From Eledone cirrhosa (Eukaryota): a stretch of DNA of 64,000 nt. Positions 36,047-48,259 of this stretch are shown in pieces. The stretch's first letter is position 1; the number at the start of each line of letters is the position of its first letter. The stretch covers positions 36,890,001 to 36,954,000 of the forward strand of contig OZ024740.1 of NCBI GenBank assembly GCA_964016885.1. Direction: 5' to 3'. The translations under genes were made by a program, and so were the position numbers. Below the pieces are notes generated by a model. It worked only from the letters and a program-made list of their open reading frames with translations. It ran no database searches and had not been told where the DNA came from.

Positions 36047-36656
36047 ATATTTATATAGATATATGACACACACATATGTATATATATGACACACCACACA
36101 CATACAGACACGAGTCTTTAATTCAAGAACGCCGACAAACTCATGCGCGGCATACACACACTGTCCCATTACCACTTAAGAGCTTTGGCCCGGGCAAACA
36201 TTTATGCTGATTGGGAGAATAAATACTGTATATATTTTATCTAATGATTCTATGAACTTACTTTTTATATATACATATATAAGTATGTACACGTACATAC
36301 ATATATGTATACAGACGTACAGTAGTATGTATATATATATACATACAAGCACACATATATATATGTACGTATGGATTCACCGAACATTTATTATAATGCT
36401 CGGTGTGTTTGTAAACAAATATCCCGTTTACTTTTTACTTTTTACTTTTTACTTTTTACTTTTATATATATAAACAGCACGGACACTCTATCTCAAAATT
36501 ATTTTTGAAAAGCATTTAGAAATGCGCAACCGGTAAAAACTTAAAAACTTAAAACCACAACTGAATACTAACCCATACAATCACTAATACTCTTTTATTC
36601 CTAATTAAACCATTTTTCAGCTGTGAACAATTTGTCAGCATTTTCTATTCCGTTTA

Positions 36657-36736
<80 letters not shown>

Positions 36737-36753
36737 TAAAAAGTAAAAAGTAA

Positions 36754-36849
36754 ACTCCGACGGCAGAGCTCAAGCCGTTTCGATGGCCATTTCTGGACTA
36801 AATTAGAATTTTTAGCCTGGTAAATAAATAGCCGAACTTATCAAGGGGT
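36754..36849 (-). ncRNA. Hammerhead ribozyme, U3-A8 core variant (PLE3 pLTR copy 1, some stem mismatches)
   Basis: ACCCC-TTGATAA-GTT-CGGCTATTT..AAATGGCCA-TC-GAAA-CGGC-TTGAGCTCT-GCCG-TC-GGAGT. Confidence 0.65.
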
Positions 36850-39800
36850 ACTTCCTTATATGGGAAGATTGTAGTTGTCAAGAGGATTGGTCAAAATTTG
36901 TTGTAAACACAAGTAAGTCTATCATGGCATTTGGTGGGATGTAGGGGTGGCTGAACTTGCCTGTATAACAATGATGGGGTGAGTGGAGCCGGTCAAACGT
37001 TGAAAGTGATATCTATACAGCAGATTCTAAGGATAGTGTATGAAAAGTCGAAGAATTGTTCTGGAGAAAATGGAGGAGGGAGGGTATAGAATAGGTAAAT
37101 CAGATGAGAGTAGGAGACAATAAAACATAATAGAAAGAAATATAAAAAAATATTTTAAAAAAAAATAGATAGTGAGAAATGAATAAAAAACATCAAAAGT
37201 AGTAGAGTCTAGAAACAGCTGCTATAAATAGTAGGTGTTGCTTGTATGGCCAAAGCTATAGAAAAGGTTGATAAGTCGAGAACGGAAAATACTAAAATTG
37301 TAGAAGTGGGTAATGAAAAAATATAATGCAAACTTTTCAGGGGTCTAACACAGCTGCTATAAATAGTTAGTAAAGCGTATACCGCCAATGCTAACTTACA
37401 ATTACAGGCTAATGAGTTGAGAAAAGAAAATACTAAATAAGAAATTTAGAAATTGTAGAATTGGAGTAGTAACAAAAATGAAGTAGTAACAAAAATGTTA
37501 CAAAATTACATGGGTCTAACACATCTACTATAAATAGTTAGTGAAGCGTATTCGGCCAATTCTATCTTAAAATTACAAGGGTACTGAGGCTACAGAGGCC
37601 CGATAGGCTGCATCGGGGTAGGCGGAAGGGGAAAAACAGACGAGGAAGAAGATCGGGGTGGAAGGAAGTGATAGGATGAGACAGGGGGAAGAAGATAACA
37701 TAGAGGAAAAGAAAAGAGGTACATCTGCCTATGTAAGCTGGGGTTTCCCCTAACTTATTCGGCAAGTGGGAGGTATCAGCCCTTGTCTACCCACCCGGGA
37801 CGTTATGGGGTTTGAGGGCGAGGTAAGTCCTACGCAATCTGTGTTTGCATGCGGTTACCTTTTCGTCTTTCTTGTTTAGGAGTTGATCTTTCGAAAACAG
37901 CATTTGTAATGTTTCCTCCGAGCAAAAGTTACATGGACGGCGTCCTCCCGTGTAAGAATTAGCTCTGGACAGTAAGCTCCAAGTGAGATTGTAGGTTATA
38001 TTATTATCTTGGAGGTCCCAGATGTGGCCCGAAAGTGTAGTGGCATGTCGCCGGACCGGGTTTCGGAAAGTAAGTCCGTGTTGGTATAGCCGGATCTTAA
38101 AGTCACAAGCGTTTAATCCTATATAAGCTTTGTTGGAGGTGTCCGTCCTCACGTTGCACTGGTAGATTACGTTACGTTCTCGGCATCTGTTGTCGAGGGG
38201 GCACGTAGATCTATCAAGGCAGTTACACCTCCTGGTCGGCTCTCCACTGATGTCTAGGTTGTTTCTTCCATAGGGGTTGAGTTTTTTGTTGTTTGAGGAG
38301 GCGATGTTTTGTGCGAAGTTAGGTGTGGTGCCGTAGGAGAGTTTGATGGTGTTTTTGTTGATTATGTTGTGGTAGCAGTGTTGTAGTGGGAAGTGTTTTT
38401 CGAGGAGCCTAAAAAGTTTTTCCCGATAGGTGTTGTCACCTCGGCATTGTGGGGAGGATTGAACCACGTTACGTTGCGTGAGCGGTGGTGTCGCCTGCTG
38501 GTTCTGCTGAGGGAAGCTGGATAAAAGGATATTTCTTCCCGGAAGCCACTCCGCTTGAGGGCCTGGTTGTAATGAGGCGCATGTTCGTTGAATATCTGCT
38601 CATTAGCGGACAAACGAGATATGCGGAGGGAGATGTTTTTAACCAGGTTTTTTGGTGTGTTTCTAGGATGGTTAGAGCGGCGGTGGATGTAGTGCAGGTT
38701 GTCGTTTGGTTTCCTGTATGGGTAGTACAGATCATTTTCGAGGTTAAGGGTAACGTCCAGGAAATTGACTCGGGTTAGGGACGTTTGTAGGGTGATGTTA
38801 AATCCCCAGTCCCGGAAGAAGTTGATAAGTTGTTTACAGACCCGGTCTGTACTACTGGGGTTGTACCCTTTGAGGGTGAGGAGCCCATCATCTCGGTACA
38901 ATCCACCTCCGAATGCAGGAAACATTTCGGTGAGTTTAAATAGTAGGAATAATCCTATAAGATCTGTGACCTCGGCCGAATCCGTCGCGCCCATACTGAC
39001 GTCGAAGGGGGAGTTGGGAGCACTCTTTATCCACTTAGAGCTGTCGAAAAGTAAGACTGTCTTCCTGGCGTGGAGAATGATATTTCTTTCCTGGTCAGTG
39101 ATGGGTGCGAGTGTTTAGGCAAAGTCCAAGGCGGTCGTAAGGAGCGGTAAGGTAATAGATGCATAGTAACTCTCTATGTCAAACTGGATGAATTTTGTGT
39201 CTCGTTTGTCCTCCATATTCCTGAACCATGAGATTACTTCCTGGGTGCTGACCCATAGGCTAAGTCTCGCGTTTTGCTTAACTTTTGGTATAACGCGGTC
39301 TATGATCTTTTTACTGATTCTCCCTATGTCCGACTTCGTTGGGTTTATAAGCCTGATGGATGGTTTGCGGTCGAAGTCGGATTTGTTGTCCTTCAGAGTG
39401 AAGTAGGGAGTCCGTGGGTCTAAGGGTTCAGTGTGGTCGGCGACCCCGAGGCTGGAGGTAATTTGTTGTCCAGCTCAATTTATGTCGTTTGACCGGCTCC
39501 ACTCACTCCCTCATTGTTCTACAGGCAAGTTCAGCCACCCCTACCTCCCACCATTTTAAGATAGAATTGGCCGAATACGCTTTACTAACTATTTATAGCA
39601 GATGTGTTAGACCCATGTAATTTTGTATCATTTTTGTTACTACTCCAATTCTACAATTTCTAAATTTCTTATTTAGCATTTTCTTTTCTCAACTCATTAA
39701 CCTGTAATTGTAAGTTAGCATTGGCGGTATACGCTTTACTAACTATTTATAGCAGCTGTGTTAGACCCCTGAAAAGTTTGCATTATATTTTTTCACTACC

Positions 39801-40865
39801 CACTTCTACAATTTTAGTATTACAAATGCTGTTCTCGAAGGATCAACTCCTAAACAAGAAAGACGAACTGGTAACCGCATGCAAACACAGATTGCGTAGG
39901 ACTTACCTCGTCCTCAAACCCCATAACGACCCGGGTGAGTAGACAAGGGCTGATACCTCCCACTTGCTGAATAAGTTAGGGGAAACCCCAGCTTACATAG
40001 GTAGATGTACCTCTTTTCTTTTCCTCTATGTTGTCTTCTTCCCCCTGTCTCATCCTATCACTTCCTTCCACCCCAATCTTCTTCCTCGTCTGTTTTTCCC
40101 CTTCCGCCTACCCCGATGCAGCCTATCGGGCCTCTGTAGCCTCAGTACCCTTGTAATTTTAGGATAGAATTGGCCGAATACGCTTTACTAACTATTTATA
40201 GTAGATGTGTTAGACCCATGTAATTTTGTAACATTTTTGTTACTACTTCATTTTTGTTACTACTCCAATTCTACAATTTCTAAATTTCTTATTTAGTATT
40301 TTCTTTTCTCAACTCATTAGCCTGTAATTGTAAGTTAGCATTGGCGGTATACGCTTTACTAACTATTTATAGCAGCTGTGTTAGACCCCTGAAAAGTTTG
40401 CATTATATTTTTTCACTACCCACTTCTACAATTTTAGTATTTTCCATTCTCGGCTTATCAACCTTTTCTATAGCAACACCTACTAGTTATAGCAGCTGTT
40501 TCTAGACTCTACTATTTTTGTTTTTTTATTCATTTCTCACTATCTGTTTTATATATTTTTAAATATTTTTTTTATATTTCTTTCTATTATGTTTTTTGTC
40601 TCCTACTCTCATCTGATTTACCTATTCTATACCCTCCCTCCTCCATTTTTACTCCAGAACAATTCTTCGACTTTTCATACACTATCCTTAGAATCTGTTG
40701 TATGGATATCACTTTCAACGTTTGACCGGCTCCACTCACTCCATCATTGTTATACAGGCAAGTTCAGCCACCCCTACATCCCACCAAATGACATGATAGA
40801 CTTACTTGTGTTTACAAATTTTGACCAATCCTCTTGACAACTACAATCTTCCCATATAAGGAAGT

Positions 40866-40960
40866 ACCCCTTGATAAGTCCGGCTATTTATTTACCAGGT
40901 TAAAATTCTAATTTAGTCCAGAAATAGCCGTCGAAACGGCTTGAGCTCTGCCGTCGGGGT
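40866..40960 (+). ncRNA. Hammerhead ribozyme, U3-A8 core variant (PLE3 pLTR copy 2)
   Basis: ACCCC-TTGATAA-GTC-CGGCTATTT-[32 nt]-AAATAGCCG-TC-GAAA-CGGC-TTGAGCTCT-GCCG-TC-GGGGT; stems I and III perfect; GUC site. Confidence 0.78.
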
Positions 40961-41116
40961 TTACTTTTTACTTTTTACTTTTACCCACTCTACTATCCTA
41001 AGTATTGAGTACTCTGGTGCGTTATGGTCCATCTGGTTCCTTACCACATCTCCTTCGTTATATATATATATTGTTAAATACGCCGAGTCCGTCAACTTCT
41101 TATCATATATATATAT

Positions 41117-42340
41117 ATCCCTAAAACTCGAGAAGTACACGACCGATTTTTTTCAAACTTTACACATACGCTACTTATATTTCTTGAAGTGCAATGGGCT
41201 GAAATTTTAACTTTTTCTGCTCTAGGGCTCACATTAGGGGAAAAACTGCATTTTTTAAAGGCATTTTTTGGCTCTTTTTGAGGCGTAACTTAAAGATAAT
41301 CCAGCCCATTTCCTCGAAGTTTTCAGCACACATTAGTTAGTCCCCTCGCATTAATGGTTTCTAGGAAATTTACCAATTAGCATTGGGCATTACATGTCAT
41401 TTTCATTTTCAATATATTCCTAACGATCGACTTTCGTCAAATCAGAGCGAGGAAACAATGTTTCATTGATCTTTCCAATTGCTAATACTATCTATCGGTC
41501 GCAACTCCAGTTAGAAGGAGCAACGTGAAATAAGGTGTCTTTCTCAAGGACATAACGCATCGCCCGGTCCAGGAATCGAACTCACAACCTCACGATTGCG
41601 AATCCAGTTCTCTAACCACTCATCCACACGCCTTCATTTTCAATATAAACGCTACTTAAACATCGTAAGTAGCGTATATTTCTATAAAAATTTGCTTTAT
41701 TTAACAGAGGACACAACACTTACTTACTTTTAAGCAGGACCATTTTTGTGGGGGGGGGTGAAGAAATGAGGAACCTTAACATTTTTGTCGGCGCCCTGTT
41801 GACGCTTCGTGCTTTCATCACGCGCAAATCCGGGCCTTGTGTACGTTACCGTGTTATTGACACCGTAAAATTCACGTCTATGCTACTTCTACTAAGACTC
41901 CTTTTGTTGCACCTACACTGCAGTATGTACGCCCTGCACAAGTACGCCGAACAGCGGTTGTGCTAATTCCGCGGTGACCCCTTTTGTCGCACCTTTACTG
42001 CTGTGTAAACGCAGTGCAACCAGTGCCGCCCAGCGTTTGTGCAAATTGCACTATGGCCCCCTTCTGTTGCAGCTGCGTTGACACGCTGATTTCGTCATCT
42101 CAATATCCCTACTTAAACGTACATCCCTACTTGGTTTTCTCACAATCGACTACGTCGATCCTTCAGATGATGTCTGTCTGGATGACTAGGTGCGACTCTA
42201 TAAAACTCGAAAAGTACCTAACCGATTTTCTCCAAATGGAAGAAAAGTCATACTCTAAGATTTAGTACGCTTAAAGAGTATCCAGCTGATTTTCTTCAGA
42301 TTTTGCACATGCATGCAAATGTTTCAGGATTCGGGCCTGC
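41117..42340 (+). mobile_element. Helitron-like element homologous to 2190-3240, interrupted by a CORE-type SINE (~41420-41635, -)
   Basis: Reverse-complement similarity to 2190-3205; TCATTTTCAATATA occurs on both sides of the SINE as a likely target-site duplication. Confidence 0.65.
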
Positions 42341-42435
42341 TGGTGTTCTACGTTTCCAGTAGATGAACACTCATTCCCTGAGAATAAGGGAATTCAAAAA
42401 GTACACAGCTACATATGCAAAGATTTTATGCTGCT

Positions 42436-42487
<52 letters not shown>

Positions 42488-42595
42488 AGGAATTCCAACT
42501 TTGTCTGATTTACTCGTTTTATTTACAATCCTTTAAAATATATAATGGTATTATAATGAAATAGTATGATAGAATATTAAATTCTAAGTGTTAAT

Positions 42596-42634
42596 TGAAC
42601 AAGTACTTTCATGCTTTCGCAATCTTCAGGTTCA
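42596..42634 (-). ncRNA. Minimal hammerhead ribozyme (PLE4 inverted pLTR)
   Basis: Reverse complement of 43663-43701. Confidence 0.85.
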
Positions 42635-43662
42635 TAATATTTGCTGACAGTCAAGTTTGCAATTTTCAACTGTAATAAGATGGGTAAATTTCCTACCTTT
42701 TATACATTTTATACAGGGAAAAGTGGCTCCAGAATGCTAAGCCCTGCAAACTGTATTTCGACCAATCAGTGTGTAGTTTCATCAATTACTAAAGCTGATT
42801 AGTTTAAGCGTCACGGCTGGTTGAGCATGTCTAACGACCAATAATTAATCATATCCAAAGCATCAATTGCTTTGCTATTTTTAGAAATGATGAAAATAGT
42901 ATTTTCTATTAATCATCACCATCAACATCACTTTTATTATTATTATTATTGTTGTTGTTGTTGTTGTTGTTGTTAGTGGTCGTAGTCATAGCAGAAATCT
43001 AATTTACTGCATTAAATGCCCGAATTGTGAAGAACTATATGTCGGTCAAACTGGAAATGCACTATCGGAACGTGCACGGGTACACCGTCAACAAATCAGA
43101 GACCCAAATGTCCGTCAGATACCCCTAAGTAACCATCTAGCAACATGTGGTCAGGGAATATTTATAATATTCCCATTCTACAAATTACACAGCCCAAGTG
43201 AAATCAAGAGAAAAATCAAAGAAAAGAATTTTATTGATAAATTCAAACCCAAGCTAAATGAACAATAATAACGCTTAGGGGTATTACTTCTACTACCACT
43301 ATGACTACGACCACTAACAACAACAACAACAACAATAACAACAACAATAATAATAATAATAAAAGTGATGTTGATGGTGATGATTAATAGAAAATGCTAT
43401 TTTCATCATTTCTAAAAATAGCAAAACAATTGATGCTTTGGATATGATTAATTATTGGTCGTTAGACATGCTCAACCAGCCGTGACGCTTAAACCAATCA
43501 GCTTTAGTAATTCAGTGAAACTACATACTGATTGGTCGAAATACAGTTTGCAGGGCTTAGCATTCTGGTGCCACTTTTCCCTGTATAAAATGTATAAAAG
43601 GTAGGAAATTTACCCATCTTATTACAGTTGAAAATTGCAAACTTGACTGTCACCATATATTA

Positions 43663-43701
43663 TGAACCTGAAGATTGCGAAAGCATGAAAGTACTTGTTC
43701 A
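43663..43701 (+). ncRNA. Minimal hammerhead ribozyme (PLE4 pLTR)
   Basis: TGAAC-CTGAAGA-TTGC-GAAA-GCAT-GAAA-GTAC-TT-GTTCA; palindromic stem III AGTACT; CUU site. Confidence 0.85.
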
Positions 43702-43924
43702 ATTAACACTTAGAATTTAATATTCTATCATAATATTTCATTATAATACCATTATAAATTTTAAAGGATTGTAAATAAAACGAGTAAATCAGACAAAGTT
43801 GGAATTCCTCTTATTAATATAATCTTCTATACACAATCATACACACCCGTGTATATTTACCTATCTATCTATCTATATATATATATATATATAGTTGAAG
43901 TGGTGGTGGTGATGGTGGTGGCGA

Positions 43925-44349
43925 CATACCGGAAGTTGAAATTTGAAACTTTTAAAAGAAATGAATCTTGAAATAAGCAATACATTAAAATATTCCTATT
44001 TAATCATGTGTTACAAAATTTAGTAGATTAATTACATAATATTCATTCATTATGTATTCAAAGTAATACGGTGGATTGGCAGTATCAGTAGAGGGTCGGA
44101 CGCCATGCTTTCAAGCATAGTTACGTCCCTTTACGATCTGAGTTCAAATCCCGCCGAGGTTGACTTTGCCTTTCATCCTTACGGGGTCGATAAAATAAAG
44201 TACCAGTAATGCACTGGGTAATTGCTGGCCTTGTGCCTAAAGTAGAAACAATTATGTATTCAAAGTAATCCAACTTATTTTACTAACGGGATAAAAAATT
44301 ATATTATATGAACACTGTCCCGCACTCCTCCCTTTATTATATTATAGAT
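43925..44349 (-). mobile_element. 5' part of a non-autonomous Helitron (same family as 45035-45523), interrupted by a SINE
   Basis: Minus strand begins TCTATAATAATAAAGGGAGGAGTGCGGGAC and is homologous to 45035-45250. Confidence 0.65.
44069..44250 (+). mobile_element. OK-like tRNA SINE, intact, with 19-bp target-site duplication
   Basis: A box TGGCAGTATCAGTAG, B box GAGTTCAAATCCC; ATTATGTATTCAAAGTAAT at 44049-44067 and 44251-44269. Confidence 0.9.
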
Positions 44350-45034
44350 TATTATGGTTCAATTTTGTAAATATCAAACAATTAGATATTAAACGGTCTG
44401 GATATTTCAGTTAGGGAGCAATCAACAGCAAGTTGACAAGGTTCCTCGCTGCATGCTCTCTTGTGCCTTACATAGGCAAAATCTATCCTTAACATTCTTG
44501 CTGTACCAAGAAGTGCTATCTCGTACATAACCTGTAACCTTGCATCAATTCCGATTCTATTTCCGATATACATCCCAATACTCTGATCACCACTGGAATC
44601 ACTAAAACCTTCTTCATTCTCCACAACTTCCCAACTTCCTCCTTCAGTGGCTCATAATTCTCCATCTTTTTTTGTTCTTTATCCTTCACTCTAATAACTC
44701 CTGAGACAAATGTATCGATAGTTTGGGCCTCTTTTTTTCTTCTTGTTCACAAAATATCTGGCCTTCTTGTCTTAATCATTCTATCGCATTGCATTGAACG
44801 AAGTCCCATAAAAGCTTAAATTCGTTTTTTTTTCTAACACCCCTTCTGGTCTCTGCTCAAACCATTTAGTTGCTCTGACAAAGATATTACCCAACGATAT
44901 ATCTGGCAACATTATCATGTCCTCTTTTGACTTCTCACTGTGCCAACTTAACACATTCAATTACAACATGGCTGACCATTTCTCCTTTTGTTCCACACAT
45001 TCTAGATAATGGTAATTTCATCGTTTTGTCATCA

Positions 45035-45523
45035 TCTAAACTATAATAAAGTAAGGAGTGCGGGACTGCGTCGAGAATATATATTTGTTTATCCCATTTG
45101 TAAAATAAGTTGGATTACATTGAATAAATAATGAATGAATATTACATAATTTATCTACTAAATTTCGTTATTCTTGATTAAATATAAATAATATTGTTGC
45201 GTATTTTAAGATTCACTTCTTTAAAATTTTCAAATGTCAACACTTCCGGTTAGCGATCGCTTAAATAACATTCATATATTTCCGTCACTAATGTTCTCCT
45301 AATGCAGTTTATATATAATATCGTCTTTTTTTAATGTATCATGGATTACGTTACTGATTACATAAGACAGTGTAACGCAGTCTTCGTTCAATTTCTGTGT
45401 ATATTGTCAATTACGATTTTATTTGATGTATAATATCTACATGCATATATACTTGCGTATAATATCAATATATACACTACACATGCTAGCAGAAAACCAC
45501 CCGAAGGGTTGTTTTTCTGCTAG
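45035..45523 (+). mobile_element. Complete non-autonomous Helitron inserted in the decayed R4 ORF
   Basis: A|TCTAAACTATAATAAAG...hairpin...CTAG|T with no TSD; removing it restores QEQALPTNYIKHH-DDKTMKLPLSRMC. Confidence 0.85.
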
Positions 45524-46653
45524 TGATGTTTAATGTAATTAGTTGGAAGAGCCTGCTCCTGGGAGCTGCACACCAGAGGTTCAGTGCATCCTTTCATCGC
45601 CATTTTTACCACAACCAACTGTTATCCCAATGAATGCCTAATTTATATTTTGTGTACTGTCCATACATAAGGTTATTCTTCCATTCCTTTTCAAGTTCCT
45701 TTTCCACTCTCTTTTTACACGCATTAGGTGCAACAGCATCAACAGATTTCTGTGTATCGAGGTCTTTAACTTTTTACATTATGTTACCTCTTACATTTTT
45801 AAGGTATCGAGTTAGGTTGTTTTATTCGTTTTTAACACAATTTTTCACAACTTATCAGTCCTCTACCTCCGTTCTTTCTTCCAATATAAACTCTTGCGAC
45901 ATCACTCTTTGGGTGGAATTCGTTATGCATTGTCATCAATTCCCTAGTTTTCCTATCAATACTTTCCAATTCAACCTTCCACCATTTAATAACTCCTGCC
46001 CCATAGCGCATGAGAGACACAGTCCATGTATTTTTTTTACCTTGATCTTATTCCTTCCATTCAATTTAGATGACATTACAAGTCTCATCCACCTGTGCTA
46101 TTCTTTTATTAACATCTCCTTCATTTCTTTCTCTGATCTCAAAGACTCCTAAATACTTGTATTCTTTCTCACTCTTTGTTAGTTTTCCATATTTCAGGGT
46201 TACAACACCACATTTCTTTATCCCAATATCCTCACAAATCAGGTTTACAGTAGATGTTAAGATGTCAATTTCACTATTCTTTTCACAAATAACTTTAAAT
46301 CATCCATGAACAGATGGTTGATCTTAATATCATCTAGCACATATACAATTTTCACTTTTCTAAGGAGAATCTTGTAAATAACAATAAGTGGTGATAAACT
46401 GTCTCCCTAAAATATATCTCTTCATATTTTAACGAAGTCTTACTGTTCCTCACAGGAAATTAACTGTATCTGGCACTTGAGTACGTTTCAGACACTCTAA
46501 TATTAAACTCTCTGGGACCATCTTATAAGCTTTCCCATAGTCTTCCCATACTGGCTAAGTTCTTGTGCTGCTTTTTACAATCTGCAACGATTGTTTTATA
46601 AATCAGCAGCTTTTGTGCTCCTGCTGGCTTTTTTTTTTTGGCACCCTTTCTGC

Positions 46654-47016
46654 TCTTCCAGTAGAATTTAATTTTCCTCAAAGAACTTATTCTTCCAGTA
46701 GAATTTCATTTTCCTCAAAGAACTTATTCTTCCAGTAGAATTTCATTTTCCTCAAAGAACTTATTCTTCCAGTAGAATTTCATTTTCCTCAAAGAACTTA
46801 TTCTTCCAGTAGAATTTCATTTTCCTCAAAGAACTTATTCTTCCAGTAGAATTTCATTTTCCTTAAAGAACTTATTCTTCCAGTAGAATTTCATTTTCCT
46901 CAAAGAACTTATTCTTCCAGTAGAATTTCATTTTCCTCAAAGAACTTATTCTTCCAGTAGAATTTCATTTTCCTCAAAGAACTTATTCTTCCAGTAGAAT
47001 TTCATTTTCCTCAAAG
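46654..47016. repeat. 37-bp minisatellite, ~10 copies
   Basis: Unit TTATTCTTCCAGTAGAATTTCATTTTCCTCAAAGAAC. Confidence 0.95.
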
Positions 47017-47344
47017 AGCACAGTCCTACACATTGTCATCCATCTGCATCTTATTCATTTCAGTTGTGATACCCTCACGTAAATATGTCAACTTCATCCA
47101 AAATCCCTGGACCCCATTAGGTTCATAATCTTTCCAAATGAAAGTGTTGGTACTTGCATGCTTACCATTCCTGTTGTTTCAATGCATCCATGCTATTCCT
47201 GTTGTTATTAGCACTGCCAGAATCCTACGTGATATATTGAGCGTCTGAGATCAGAGACTGATCTGAGGACAATTAAAACACTTCACCAAGCAACCCATTG
47301 CTAGAGAAACCTTGCAAAAAGAAAAGGTATTATTATTGTTACTT

Positions 47345-47532
47345 GGCGGTGGATTGGCAGTATCGGTAGAGGGTTGGACATCATGCTTTGCAGCAAAGAG
47401 TTACGGCTCTTTATGGTCTGAGTTCAAATCCCGCCGAGGTTAACTTTGCTTTTCATCCTTACGGGGTCGATAAAATAAAGTACCAGTAATGCACTGGGAT
47501 AATTGCTGGCCTTGTGCCAAAAGTAGAAATAA
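47345..47532 (+). mobile_element. OK-like SINE
   Basis: GGCGGTGGATTGGCAG..GAGTTCAAATCCC..AAAAGTAGAAAT; ATTATTGTTA on both flanks. Confidence 0.85.
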
Positions 47533-47547
47533 TTATTGTTAATTGAT

Positions 47548-48240
47548 GTCTCAGTCATTGGTGTTATTCAACCGGAATAATTGCCCTAATAAATATCTAG
47601 CTGCTACGCACAGCCTCAGATATTCAGGATGTATTGGAGGGCCCTTGCCGTTCCAAGTAGGCATGCCTTTTGAAGTGTTCCAAAACAAGGAGGTTGGCTG
47701 ATAGTCTTTAGCCAGCTTTGGAAACTCTTTGAGATAGTACCCAGTGCTCCAATGACGACCTTGATCTAATGACAGTTCCAAATCCTTTTCAGTTCCCACT
47801 TCAGGTCATGGTACCAGTTAATTTTTTCCCTCTCCTTTTCCTGTACTCTTGTGTCCGAGGGCCAAGCTACATCTATAATCAAGCACGATCTTTTTTTCTT
47901 GTCGAAAACCACGAAGTCAGGCCTATTGTGTTCTAATTCTTTATAAGTTTGTATTTTGAAATCCCATAACACCTTCATCCGGTCGTTTTCCATCACCGAT
48001 TCTGTCTTATGTTCATACCACCTCTCAGCGTGGGGTCAATAGTTCAATTTTCACAAATGCCAGTGGATCACCTTTCCTATCATATCATGTATTCATTCTT
48101 TATAATGAGTCTGGGTCAGGAGTTTACACTCGGATACGATGTGAGCCGCAGTCTCTTCTCTCCCTCCACATATCTTACAAAGCGGGTTAGCTTCCTCCTT
48201 GTCAATATGATCCTTCAGCCACTTCGTTCTAAGGACTTGC
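47548..48240 (-). pseudogene. Diverged 5'-truncated R4/Dong family A relative
   Basis: MENDRMKVLWDFKIQT..NRPDFVVFDKKKRSCLIIDVA; 3' end TCTCAGTCATTG like family A. Confidence 0.85.
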
Positions 48241-48259
48241 TTCTATCATTATTATTATC

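Larger units (their letters stand above)
36732..40982 (-). mobile_element. Penelope-like element PLE3 (possibly Hydra-clade) with inverted pseudo-LTR duplication
   Basis: ORF remnants 37787-39480(-): MGATDSAEV, GLYRDDGL, VTWFNPP, CNCLDRSTCPLDNRC, NVIYQC..AYIG, CNFC; 36732-37910 is repeated inverted at 39819-40982. Confidence 0.9.
42485..43850 (+). mobile_element. Penelope-like element PLE4, short 5'-truncated copy with inverted pLTR
   Basis: GIY-YIG fragment ~42995-43269 (IYCIKCPNCEELYVGQT..HRQQI..NHL..EKNFIDKFKPKLN); 42485-42991 is the inverted copy of 43300-43813. Confidence 0.88.
44380..47200 (-). pseudogene. Old, heavily decayed R4/Dong-type element
   Basis: Remnants ALLGTARMLR, EQALPTNYIKHH, IDRKTRELMTMHNEFHPKSDVARVY..GGRGLIS, HLFMDDLK, EEQKGC. 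Confidence 0.8.

Noticed and set aside
44069-44150. tRNA gene suggested by A and B boxes (also at 1190-1267 and 47345)
   Set aside because: No complete cloverleaf; the sequence continues into a SINE body with a TSD
46654-47016. 37-bp repeat of CRISPR-like length
   Set aside because: Units are contiguous without spacers and derive from the R4 RT sequence
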